From Selaginella moellendorffii (lineage: Eukaryota; Plantae; Lycopodiophyta), in assembly GCF_000143415.4 (NCBI RefSeq), contig NW_003314297.1, positions 62,001 to 126,000 on the forward strand: a DNA stretch of 64,000 bases, written 5' to 3'. How positions within the stretch are numbered: position 1 is the stretch's first letter; every line of letters begins with the position of its first letter. Below are positions 22,093-32,062 of this stretch, piece by piece. The notes beneath the pieces are model-generated. The model was not told where the DNA came from. It saw only the letters and a list, made by a program, of their open reading frames with translations, and made no database searches. The position numbers and the translations under genes are program-made.

Positions 22093-22993
22093 GTAATTCC
22101 TACATGCCCTACAACGTCGTCTTGGATGGCCATGTCTTCTCTGATCTCGGTAAAGATCATACGATCAATCCAAGCTATTTTCATGACTAAAGCTCTGTGT
22201 CAATTGGCTCTGACGATGCTACCGTGGATACATTCGGAGAGATGCTTCGCGAGATGGCGCACGATTTATATCCCGGCTTGGTCAGCTTCTACCGCCTAGA
22301 CGAATTCTTGCTGGACCACCACAGCGACGAGAGCATAGCGGAGCTCGTTTCCGGCATCGAGCTGGAGCATCCCATCGCCACCGACCCCACCTCCAACGCC
22401 GAGACCGCGAGACGAGCTCTCATCCGCTTGTTTGGAAGCGACGAGTAGGCCGTGCACAGGGACATCAAGGAGGACCCGGAGACGCGCAATTTGTACCGCG
22501 GCTTCTCCAGGTTCATGCTTGAGGATCTCTACGAGCACAAGAGTTGCAAGAGTCTCCCATCCAAGTCGGCCAAGAAGAAGCTGTGCAGCCAAGTCGGCTT
22601 CCTCATATCGCGCCTACTCGGCGATGGTGGAGTGGCTCTTTCCACTGCAACTCCGCGTCTCCATAAATCCGCATCCCAACCAAACTACGGCATCAACGTG
22701 ATCCACTCCTCGCTCGTGGCGGTGCAGCGCTCCTCCGAGGAGAGGAACTTCCACATACCGACTCAACAAGAACTTGCCATCGGACAGCATAACGTAATCG
22801 TGGAGCTGTCCGATGGCAAGTTCTTGTTGCTCCACTTCACGATCATCCGGGGATGAGGATCGGGTGTGGGAGATTTGGCTTGCGAGGAGCTCGAGCATGA
22901 GATGCTGCTCAAGCGTGACGGGTTCGAGATGACGTGTGAGGTATCCAGATGGGAGGCCCAGCCACTACAGGCAAGTGAGTGTGTGCTAGATTA
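22093..22993 (+). pseudogene. Isocyanide synthase (Dit1/PvcA family, fungal CrmA/XanB-like), 3' fragment
   Basis: NVVLDGHVFSDL|54-nt intron|VGSDDATVDTFGEMLREM...HPIAT...LYRGFSRFMLEDL...SKSAKKKL...AYSAMVEWLFP..LRVSINPHPN..YGI...HIPT..HNVIVELSDG. Stop at 22446, frameshifts, acceptor mutated to AA at 22202-22203. Confidence 0.8.
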
Positions 22994-23759
22994 GAACAAG
23001 CGAGGCTCTAGAGCTCCAAAACAATTTTCGGCACCACGAGGACTCAGATTCCCTGGTCAATTCGGACGAATTTTGGCTTTGCGTGATTGAAGGAATTCAA
23101 AAATTTTAAGAGAATCTAAACTGGGATTGCTATTGGCGCTTGTCAAGAATGTCGACTCCTGCTTAGCTTAAGAAAGCTGTCCGTTTGATCCAACTCCAGT
23201 CAAAGTTTGCTGAGAAATATTTTCGCTCGGCACTCCTGGTTCCATGCTATCACTTTCTAGGATTTGAAATTCGGCTTCATTGTCTTTCTTGAAGTCCCTG
23301 TTTATAAAAAATCTGGCTGTTTGAAATCGTGTTAGAACATCTAGGTCATATTCTGGCCTTCAGAGCAACCAAGTAAGTTAGCACTCCCTGTAATCTATGT
23401 CGGAGATGGTTGATAGAAAATGTAGCAAATGGAGAAGGAATGAACTCTCATTCGACATTCAGATATATCCCAAAGCGCCATTATACTGCCATCACGAGTG
23501 CATTCTTCTCACGGCATGCTTGAAACACTATAAATCAGGGAAGCATGGGGAAAGCAGTGTTGAGGAAAGTATATAAGGTATGAGCCAGTCATGCATGATA
23601 TTAGACACATCTAAATCAGGTTCATTAGCAAAATCACTGTTTATATTGTATCACTAGAGAAACTGCCGAGAAGGACAGACAACCACACGATAACCTGGGA
23701 CCATTTAAACAGTTAAATGCATTAAATGAAATGTATTATATAGTGATCTTGGTAGTTTT

Positions 23760-24330
23760 TGCTGTACTAGACTATTTGAATTCAACCACTTAAACCGAGT
23801 ATCTAAGATGCACGCGCAGCTCACTTGCCAGCACTGTCATGGGCTTGCAAGGTCCAACTCATAAGTGCCAGATACATTGTGCTGTTAAGACTGCTGCTTG
23901 TGCACGAGACCTCTGTACGATGGTTGCTCCCATGCTGTACGGCGTCCTGATCTTAGACGGTTTCTGGTACCCTCTGTTTCCCTCGAGTTAAGGTTCCATA
24001 AAACAGAGCCAGATTCTTGTTGGGGTCACCAATGGAGGCCAAGGCCCTGGACAGTGTAGACAGATGATCAGTGTCCTGAAGAACTTGTAGATATCAAGGA
24101 ACGGAGGGAAAGGCTGGTAAGCAGGCTTGTCGATATACGCTACACAAATAGGACAGCACCACAACTGATAAGTCCATACTTCATGACCTCAATGAGAGGA
24201 TGCATGAAATGATAGAAATAGCATAGTTAACTGCAAAATCATATATCTCCCCATTGACCATGAGTTGATCTCCATTTCTCTCCAGGCATTTCCTTCAAAT
24301 CTGCAACAACTTCAATGCAGCATATGGCCA
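23760..24330 (-). repeat. Degenerate unidentified sequence paralogous (inverted) to 63285-64000
   Basis: 24035-24140 matches the reverse complement of ~63895-64000; 24240-24330 matches 63285-63410. Confidence 0.65.
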
Positions 24331-24489
24331 TTGCACAACCGTAGCCCTTCCAGATTGTCACGTGAAACATGTTTAAACTATTCTAGTGGAAAACAAGTAT
24401 TTCATGCCTGGGACTGCCTTGATTCCTGCCACTTTGGTTTCCATATAGTTTTTTAGTCACATGTTGATATTTCAAATGCCCAGAAGAGT

Positions 24490-27123
24490 CATGATAGAAA
24501 GTGTGAAATAAATCTTGAAGGTACCATTATCTGTAAGTGATCATCAAGATTAGTCTCAACAAAATAAAGAAGGTTGTCCTTAAGGCAATATTGAAAATAT
24601 AAACTACCGAAATGGTAATTCAATAGCAAATGATGTAAGATTTTCAAAGTTCTCATAAAGCCTTTAAATTCACAACCCAACCTTTTGAGCCCTATGAATT
24701 TATATTTTGCATTAAGATATTCTAAGATTGATATTTAAAACATTTATATGCAAAATTTCAACCACTATCCCCATTATATATTTGAAACAGGAACAATTAT
24801 GAAAACTTACTAAATATGGAATAGTGCTAGATTACAAATCTAGAAGCAAAAATAACACCATTGTATTCAGGACAATCTTTATATGCTATAAATATGCTTA
24901 ACTAGTAGATCTAAATACATTTTTAAAATAACAAATGGGACTAGAATGGGACTAACACAAGGGGGATGATAGTGAGAGTGTTTGGTAGATGCGATAACTT
25001 ATTATCTAACAATATTGAGGGACCAAGTTTAATATTACGGGGATTCCTAACACTAGTAAGTGCAAGTTAGCAAATAAGTTTCTCTAACCTGGTCAAGTAT
25101 GACTAATAACATTTAGGAATTCTATCTTTATACTCATTTAGTCAAGTGCACATATGATGATTAGTTTCTTAATTAGCTTGAGTGGAGACTATAAAAGGAA
25201 CTAATAGTATTGACCTCCTGCTATAATGGTACGAAGGAGCAAGTGTCTGTAAAAATTGGCAAATAAGTATCCTTTGATATCCGAAGTCACATTTGTAACA
25301 ATGAGTTAGTCAACTACTATAACACAAAGATCATTTAATGGACATGAAAGTGAATAAAAGAGCAAAATGGAAATATAGGAAAAATTAATGGGAAATCAAA
25401 AGTAATAGAAGCAAAAGTAAAAGCACAAAAAAGAAGAACAAAAGTGAAAGGAATGGAATAAATATGAGTAAATATAAAACAAAAGGAAGAATATCACAGT
25501 CATACTTGATATAATTGTGCCACAACTAATCTATACCAAGCATGAAGTCAAAAGTTTAACTCAACACCACTTGTAATGATTAAAACATAAATTCAAGGTT
25601 GTCTAAATGCACAATTAAGTTTGCCTCATTGTGTGCACATACATATGCATGGCCGTTGCTATAAAGAATGAAAACTAATTTTGATGCACGACGGCAAATA
25701 TAGACTATAACATATAGCCGAGAAATAGAAGATAAACCCAAAATTGTATCAACTAACATAGAGAGAATAATAAAATATTTCTTATTATAAAAATGAATTT
25801 AGAAAGTAAATATTGAACTAACTAGTGTTGAATGAACCTTTTAGTGATACTTTTGAAAACAGGATGAAGGGGTCACTAATTTATTTTCACAAATACCCTT
25901 TATTGCTTACATAACTCTTTATTTCCCAAAACAATCTCGATATCCACACTTTTTATTGCAACAACACCACTAGGACATTGTTAATGCTAAATCCTCCATC
26001 TAGGAAATAAAGGACACTAATTTAGAAAATGCCAAAACCATTAATATGTGTGGTTAACCTCATCATATGCCTAATAATGGATATCATGGCCATGATCACG
26101 TCTTTGCCTTTATCTTTGCAACAGCAGCATCAACCTTCATCAGAACCATCTCCCATAGGAATTGGAGTTAAATAACATCTAGCAAAAAGTGGAAGATGTG
26201 ATGTTTCATAATATTGCACGAATCAAAGAGTATTGTTAAGGGCGGTTGGAGCAAGTGCATATACAAATTCTACAATATCTTGACAAAGTGTTAACCACAA
26301 CATTCCAACTTGATATACTCTTATATATTTAACTCTATATAAAGTAAAAGTCTCCAAAAGTGAATGCCAAATTGCATTATTGATTTAAATGGTCTTTGAT
26401 AAAGAAGATGTAATTATTAAAAAGCATCCTTTTAATTGTTAGCATGTCCAAATGCAAGGTTGAAGACGTCCAGGAAAATGTTATAATCCATATGAATAGT
26501 TGCACTTAAACCATTATACCACTATAACACCATCCTTTATAGGTACGGAAACTTATGAAAACATCAAATATCATCCCAAGTATGATAAGTACTAGTCACT
26601 GTAAAGTGATTAAATCAATGGTACATATCATCCCTAAAATTCCCATAAAATAACTTTGGGCAGACATGAAGATTGACAGTAATAAGAGGAGGAATTGTAC
26701 CACTGTGCTATGAATATCATTATCAAGTCTGATTGTTCAATAGCAACCACATAATATCAAGCACCAAGTGCTACTTCAGAGTTAGGAGGAAAAGGCTATT
26801 ATTTTGCCATGAAGATGAATGAAAAGGAGAAAAAACAAAAGAGAAAAAATTGAAAAAGCTAAAAAGAAAGTGAAATCTAGATAATATAAAAATTAAATCT
26901 AAACCAAAATCCCAAATTGAAGCACTCCTTAAAAATAATTAAAGTTGGCCCTCACTTCCACTAATGTGAGTGCATACAATATAGAAAGGGAATAGGAATA
27001 TATACATCCATTAGCCTAAAAACCCTAGTTTATATATATGATTGAAATCAATCTAATAATTATCAAAACCCTATTATATTAATCTTAGTATATAACATTA
27101 TAGTTGTACACTTGGACCTCATA
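24490..27123 (-). mobile_element. Highly degenerate, AT-shifted relative of the gypsy element (5' LTR 26965-27123, gag-protease, a pol remnant)
   Basis: ~25300-27123 is colinear with ~17740-19667, and 24490-24690 with 16020-16225. LTR reads TGTGAG...CTCATA; most differences are C>T or G>A. Confidence 0.85.
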
Positions 27124-28182
27124 AAAATATTCATCTATTTAAATTAATTTGTTTTCTATTTTAAAAGATTTAGACTAAGGTATAACAATTATAATATATT
27201 TTTCTTTCTTTTGTCTTATACAAATGTTTAAAGTTTTTAAATCTATTTTTTAATAAACTATATTTTCAATATATATTAATTTAATATAATAATAAAAAAT
27301 ATAAAATAAAATAGAATGAAAATACTTAATAAATTAGGGCATAGCTATATAGTGAGAAAATCACAAAAGTTAGTAAAACTTAATGTATAAATTTTTAAAA
27401 CTAAAGGTAGTTAAACTTTTTTTTATAAAGGTAGAGTGGAAGATAAGTTATTTCCTAGTTTTTTAATTGAATCAATTGAGATTGTATTAATTAGTTTTTT
27501 AATTCAAAGTAGTTATTATAACCATAATATCATCCTCGTCACTAGGTAATCAAGCTGAGTGAAAGTTTATTTTAGTTTTTATTTTTTTGGTTGTAAGTTA
27601 TATTGTGATGTTATATAAATTAATTATGATCAAAGCACCATAACCATATAAAATTTTAGCCATTAATTATTTTATGAATAATTTGAAAATTAAAAAAATA
27701 GAAATTATTTTTGAAATAGAAGTTCATTGTAATTTAAAACATTGAATACTGTAATTAATTATACACTAATGAAAACTTACATTGATTTGATATGAAAAAT
27801 ATTTTGAAACTTGTTAAAATTTGATAATTAATCTATAGAAAAATGCAAAGAAGGTAGAACTAGAAAAATTACTTTTCCTCTTTAGGCTTCACAATAAAAT
27901 TTTAGCAGTTATGTTAGACACGGATGTTGTTCTTGGCAATAAAAGCAAATGCTTTGAAAATGTCATCAGTTTAGTGCGAACAACATTTTAAAATATTTAG
28001 TAACAATTTTGATAGTAAATATGTTTTAGTTTTAAAAATTTGATAGAATAAATTATTTATACTATACAAATTAAAAAATTGTTTTAGCACAACATCTAAA
28101 TCAAAATGAAAAAGGAACTAAAAATGCAATTTACTTTTAAAATCTCATAAGCTATAAAAGTAAAACTGAAAAACAACCATCT

Positions 28183-30249
28183 TTACATTCTGAAACCAAC
28201 CTTTTGCTCGGAAGTTGGAGTGCAAAGGTTTGTTAGCAACACATAAGGCACAGAGCTGCGTGAGTCCAGCTCCAGTGATGATTTGGATGCAGTGGACGCT
28301 GTTTTGAGATCGTCGAGACTCTTGCAAGATGCAAGGAAACTCTTCCAATCGTCCACATCCGGCTCGAACGGCATGTTGGCAACGAGATCGAAAGCATCCC
28401 GCAAATGCCCAGCTCGGGCAAGAAGATCAAGCAAGCAGCCATACTCGCGCTTGCTCGGCTCCACGCCATGATCCAAGGCAATCGACTTAAAGTGGTGCAC
28501 ACCTCTGTCCAAATCTCCAGCGTGGCTGCAACTAAAGATGAGACACACAAAAGCAATCTCGTCCGGAGTGATTCCTTCGATCTTCAGGGAAGTGTAGAGC
28601 TCTGCCACGAGATGAAGTTCCAAGCTCCGGACATGCATTGCTAGAATGGTGCTCCAAGAAAAAAGATCTTTCCCCGGCATCGTCTCAAACGTTTTCATTG
28701 CAAGACGGTCGTGACCAGCCACGGCGTAAGCCTCCAAGATAGAGTTCCAAGAGACAAGATCGCGTTCGGGCATTTCATGGAAGAAGTTGGCCGCTTTGTC
28801 AAGGCAATCGTTTCGGGAGTAAGCCGCGAGCATGGCGTTCCATGCGACGACATCATGCTTTGGCAAAGCATCAAAGATGGATTTGGCTTCTTCAAGGTGG
28901 CTGCGAGATGCGTAAGCCGCGAGCATGGTAGTCAACGCGACTAAGTCCCGGTCGGGCATCTCATCAAACAAAACCTTCGCTCGATCAAGACTTCCATTCG
29001 CTTTGTCTGCAAAGCCGGAGAGAAGTGTCGTCCAGGAAACCAAGCTCCTCTCGAGCATTCCACGGAAGAAGAGCTCCTTCGCTTCTTCCAGATGACCGCT
29101 TTGGATATATGCAGCAAGCATGGAGTTGCACACGACGATTCCTCTTGCTGGCAGCGTTTTGAAGAATGTTTTTGCTTGATCCAGGTTTCCAGCCTGAATC
29201 AGAGCAGCCAGCATCGCGGAGAGGGAGACGAGGTCGTGCTCTGGCATGGAATCGAACACCATCTTCGCTTGGACGACATCCGCCCTCTCGGCATAGGCAG
29301 TGAGCATCAGGTTCCACGAGACTCTGTTCTTCACCGGCATCGTCTCAAAGAAGAACTTCCTCGCTCGATCGAGATTCTCCGAGTGGATGTAAGCCTGGCA
29401 CATCGACGTCCACGACACCACATTCCACTCGGGCATTGCAAAGAACACTCGTTTGGAGCTCTCAACATCTCCGACTTGCGAGAAAGCCGAGAGAAAGGCG
29501 TTCCAGGACACGAGATTCCTCATTGGCATCGCGTGGAAAATCTCCATTGACGCTTTAAGATGCCCGTTCTGGGAATATGCTGCTAGCAGCGCCGTCCACG
29601 CAATGAGATCCCTTTGTGGGATCTCGTCAAACAAATGCCGGGCCTCAAGCATATGCCCTGCCTGGGCATATGCTGCAATGAGAATATTCCAGGATTGAGC
29701 TGACCTATGGGGCATCTTTTGGAATAACTCACTGGCCTCTTCAAGACGATGTGTTCGTGCCAAAAGGGCTATCAAACAGTTCCAAGCAATCACATCTTTC
29801 TCTGGCATTGAAAGAAAAAGATGCTTTGCAAGATCAAGATGCCCTAACCGGGCATATGCATTTAAGAGGACATTCCAGGTGAATACGTCTCGGCAGGGCA
29901 TGCGATCGAATAGCTCTTCGCCGTCGGTGATCCGGCCATGGTCGAGGAAGCCACTGAGCATTGCGGTCCAGGAAACTAGGCCTCGATCGGGCATTTCGTC
30001 GAATAATCTCTTCGCGGTGCCAATATCGTTGTTCTGGGAATAGGCCGTGATCATGGAGTTCCAGGAGAGGACGGTCTTGGACGGCATGGAATCGAAGATC
30101 TGTGCCGCCATGGCGACATTGCCAAGCCTGCCATACATTTGGATCAGGAGCTCGGCGATCGGGATGGAAGGCGGGCATGGGATGGAATCGTGAATCTCTT
30201 TGGCTTGGGAGAGGTTGGGGCAAGATTTGATTAGCTCGGCCACATTCAT
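28183..30249 (-). CDS. PLS-class PPR protein C (SS repeats, E domain, no DYW)
   Basis: 688-aa intronless ORF ending YGCLLDLLARAG...MPFEPD...W.SFLASC...VPYVLLTNL. Confidence 0.92.
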   Translation of the reverse strand: MNVAELIKSCPNLSQAKEIHDSIPCPPSIPIAELLIQMYGRLGNVAMAAQIFDSMPSKTVLSWNSMITAYSQNNDIGTAKRLFDEMPDRGLVSWTAMLSGFLDHGRITDGEELFDRMPCRDVFTWNVLLNAYARLGHLDLAKHLFLSMPEKDVIAWNCLIALLARTHRLEEASELFQKMPHRSAQSWNILIAAYAQAGHMLEARHLFDEIPQRDLIAWTALLAAYSQNGHLKASMEIFHAMPMRNLVSWNAFLSAFSQVGDVESSKRVFFAMPEWNVVSWTSMCQAYIHSENLDRARKFFFETMPVKNRVSWNLMLTAYAERADVVQAKMVFDSMPEHDLVSLSAMLAALIQAGNLDQAKTFFKTLPARGIVVCNSMLAAYIQSGHLEEAKELFFRGMLERSLVSWTTLLSGFADKANGSLDRAKVLFDEMPDRDLVALTTMLAAYASRSHLEEAKSIFDALPKHDVVAWNAMLAAYSRNDCLDKAANFFHEMPERDLVSWNSILEAYAVAGHDRLAMKTFETMPGKDLFSWSTILAMHVRSLELHLVAELYTSLKIEGITPDEIAFVCLIFSCSHAGDLDRGVHHFKSIALDHGVEPSKREYGCLLDLLARAGHLRDAFDLVANMPFEPDVDDWKSFLASCKSLDDLKTASTASKSSLELDSRSSVPYVLLTNLCTPTSEQKVGFRM

Positions 30250-30331
30250 CCTTCTTGTTCTAGGGTACCGCCATTCTGTCTTCGATCGGCCGCAGCGATG
30301 GCGCGCAGGGACTGAGATCGAGCTGGAGGCG

Positions 30332-31123
30332 ATGGCGCAAGCGCGCGTTGCGAAGCGTAAGATTTCCTGCTAGAACATATATCATGTCATTGGATCTGGA
30401 TGTTGTGGCACAGGCACGCTGGGATTTTCGAGGATTGCGGCCCAGACGAGGAGCTTCGTCAAGAGTCGCCATGCCGTGTCGTCGGAGCTTCTGAGCGCTA
30501 GAGAGATCGACTGGAGGCCGGAGGGGAAGAGAATGTTTCCCAGCAAGGAAGCTCTGGCGCTGGTGACCGAGATCAAGCGAGCTGCCAGGGGCAAGAAGGA
30601 CGTGGAGCGGCTGCTCAAGGATCGCTCTGCCAGAATGATGCGCTACGATTACTTGATCGTTCTTCTCACACTCAAAGACCAGGACCAAGTCGATAGAGTT
30701 CTCGAGGTGAGCTCCATCTTTTCTTTCTTCTCTATTTCTTCTGGACGCTCTCTTTCTTCCTAGATATTCGATGTCATACGAGAAGAGATGTGGTACAAAC
30801 CAAGCGCGCAGCTCTTTCAATCGATCATGGAGTTCGTGATCAAACACGACAGGATCGAAGACTGGAAGAGGCTGCTCAAGAACTTACACGACGAGAAGCT
30901 CGAGCCTTCGGAGGAGATGCTCGTTTTTCCAGTGAGGAAGTTTGCAAGCCTGGCGAACTTTGCCAAGTGCATGGAGATCTACGAGGCGATCAAGGCAATC
31001 GGGTGTAAGGTTTGCCCGAATTTCTACGCGTTTCTCATCGCCAAGCTCACCAGCGCCGGGGAGCTCGAGCGAGCCGAGATTCTTTTCAAGGACCTCGACA
31101 AAGGTTTAGGGTTCTTAAGATGA
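30332..31123 (+). CDS. THA8-like PPR protein, copy 3 (exons 30332-30356, 30414-30706, 30764-31123)
   Basis: Spliced MAQARVAKRTLGFSRIAAQTRSF...SARMMRYDYL...VLE|IFDVIREEMWYKP; GT-AG introns keep the frame. Confidence 0.72.
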
Positions 31124-32012
31124 TTTCTCGGAGAGGTGCGTTCTCATCTCTTTTTGTTGGAGTGAAAGCTGATATTCAAATGCAGGATGTGGGTCGCTCG
31201 CCCGGAGAGCTCTCGAAGCACAGCTCCAAAAGATACGTCTTTTCCACCGAGCAGCTCCTCTTCTAGGATCGAGGGAGAAGAACGTTGGATTCTTTTGGGC
31301 CGACACTCCAGATCCAAGGCCTTCCAAGTCGAAGGTGTTTCGACCCGAGAAGATCCCCAAGGAGTTCCTGCGTCTCCGGGAGTTCACCCAAGAAGCAATG
31401 CAGACCGTGACGGCTCTCAGGCATCGCAAGAACGATCCAGACAAGGTGGACTCGTATCTAGAAACAAACGCGCCGAGGATGCTCAAGAAAGACATGCTGT
31501 GCGTCCTCACCATCCTTCGCAAGCACCGAGAAGAAGAAATAGCTTTGAAGGTAAAACTTCGTCCTCCAGGAGCTCTTCCTCACGGTTTGCGTCTCCAGGT
31601 CTTCCGGATCATCGAGAAGGAGTCGTGGTACGAGCCAAACAGCTACCTCTACCGCGAACTCATCCTCATCCTCACCAATCTACGAAGATTTGACGAGCTG
31701 TGGACGACCATGGACGAAATGGACGCCAACGAGATGCATCCCAACCGGCATATGTTCGTCCCGGTGATGAGCGCGTGCTTCGATCTCTTCGACTTCCAAA
31801 ACCTGGAGAGGTTCTACAGCCGGATGCTCAAAACTCCAGGCTTGCACCTCCATCACCTCGTCTACCGGGGCCTCATCAAGAAGCTCCAGGCCGCCGAGCA
31901 GGAGGAGTTCGCGCAGCGCGTGTCAAACGATCTCGCGGACTACATCAAGCTCCAGAAGAAAAGAGGCGTGCCACTGATCGAGCACTACGATGATTTCTGG
32001 CGAGACAACTAG
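31120..32012 (+). CDS. THA8-like PPR protein, copy 4 (exons 31120-31135, 31186-31550, 31599-32012)
   Basis: Spliced MISRRGCGSLARRALEAQLQKIRLF...APRMLKKDML...IALK|VFRIIEKESWYEP. The first exon is inferred; the second intron is 48 nt and stop-free. Confidence 0.72.
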
Positions 32013-32062
32013 TTTCTACAAAGAAGTTCTACGAGGAAGAACTTAGAAGGAAGATATGTCTC

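Noticed and set aside
22764-22829. Hairpin as a miRNA precursor
   Set aside because: One arm is ICS coding sequence and the other a local inverted copy, which a template switch explains better.
22093-22993. Fungal or bacterial contamination as the source of the ICS and Fic sequences
   Set aside because: Both are fused to plant MFS sequence, duplicated with plant dioxygenase genes and decayed like their neighbours, and the ICS has a host-sized intron. Long reads are still needed for proof.
23000-23750. Possible multi-exon gene remnant
   Set aside because: Splice-like signals are present, but I found no coherent frame or recognisable motif.
24955-25295. Possible plus-strand LTR of another element (AAGGGGGATGA followed by TAGTGAG...TCACA)
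   Set aside because: Single degenerate copy with no partner LTR or TSD to confirm it.
27124-28150. AT-rich tract (also 13150-14050) as hAT transposase remnants
   Set aside because: Only a faint resemblance to a hAT dimerisation motif near 27870-28060; no ORF or terminal repeats I can support. BLASTX is needed.
30298-30315. ATG at 30298 as the THA8L-3 start
   Set aside because: It hits TGA after five codons, whereas ATG 30332 splices into frame.
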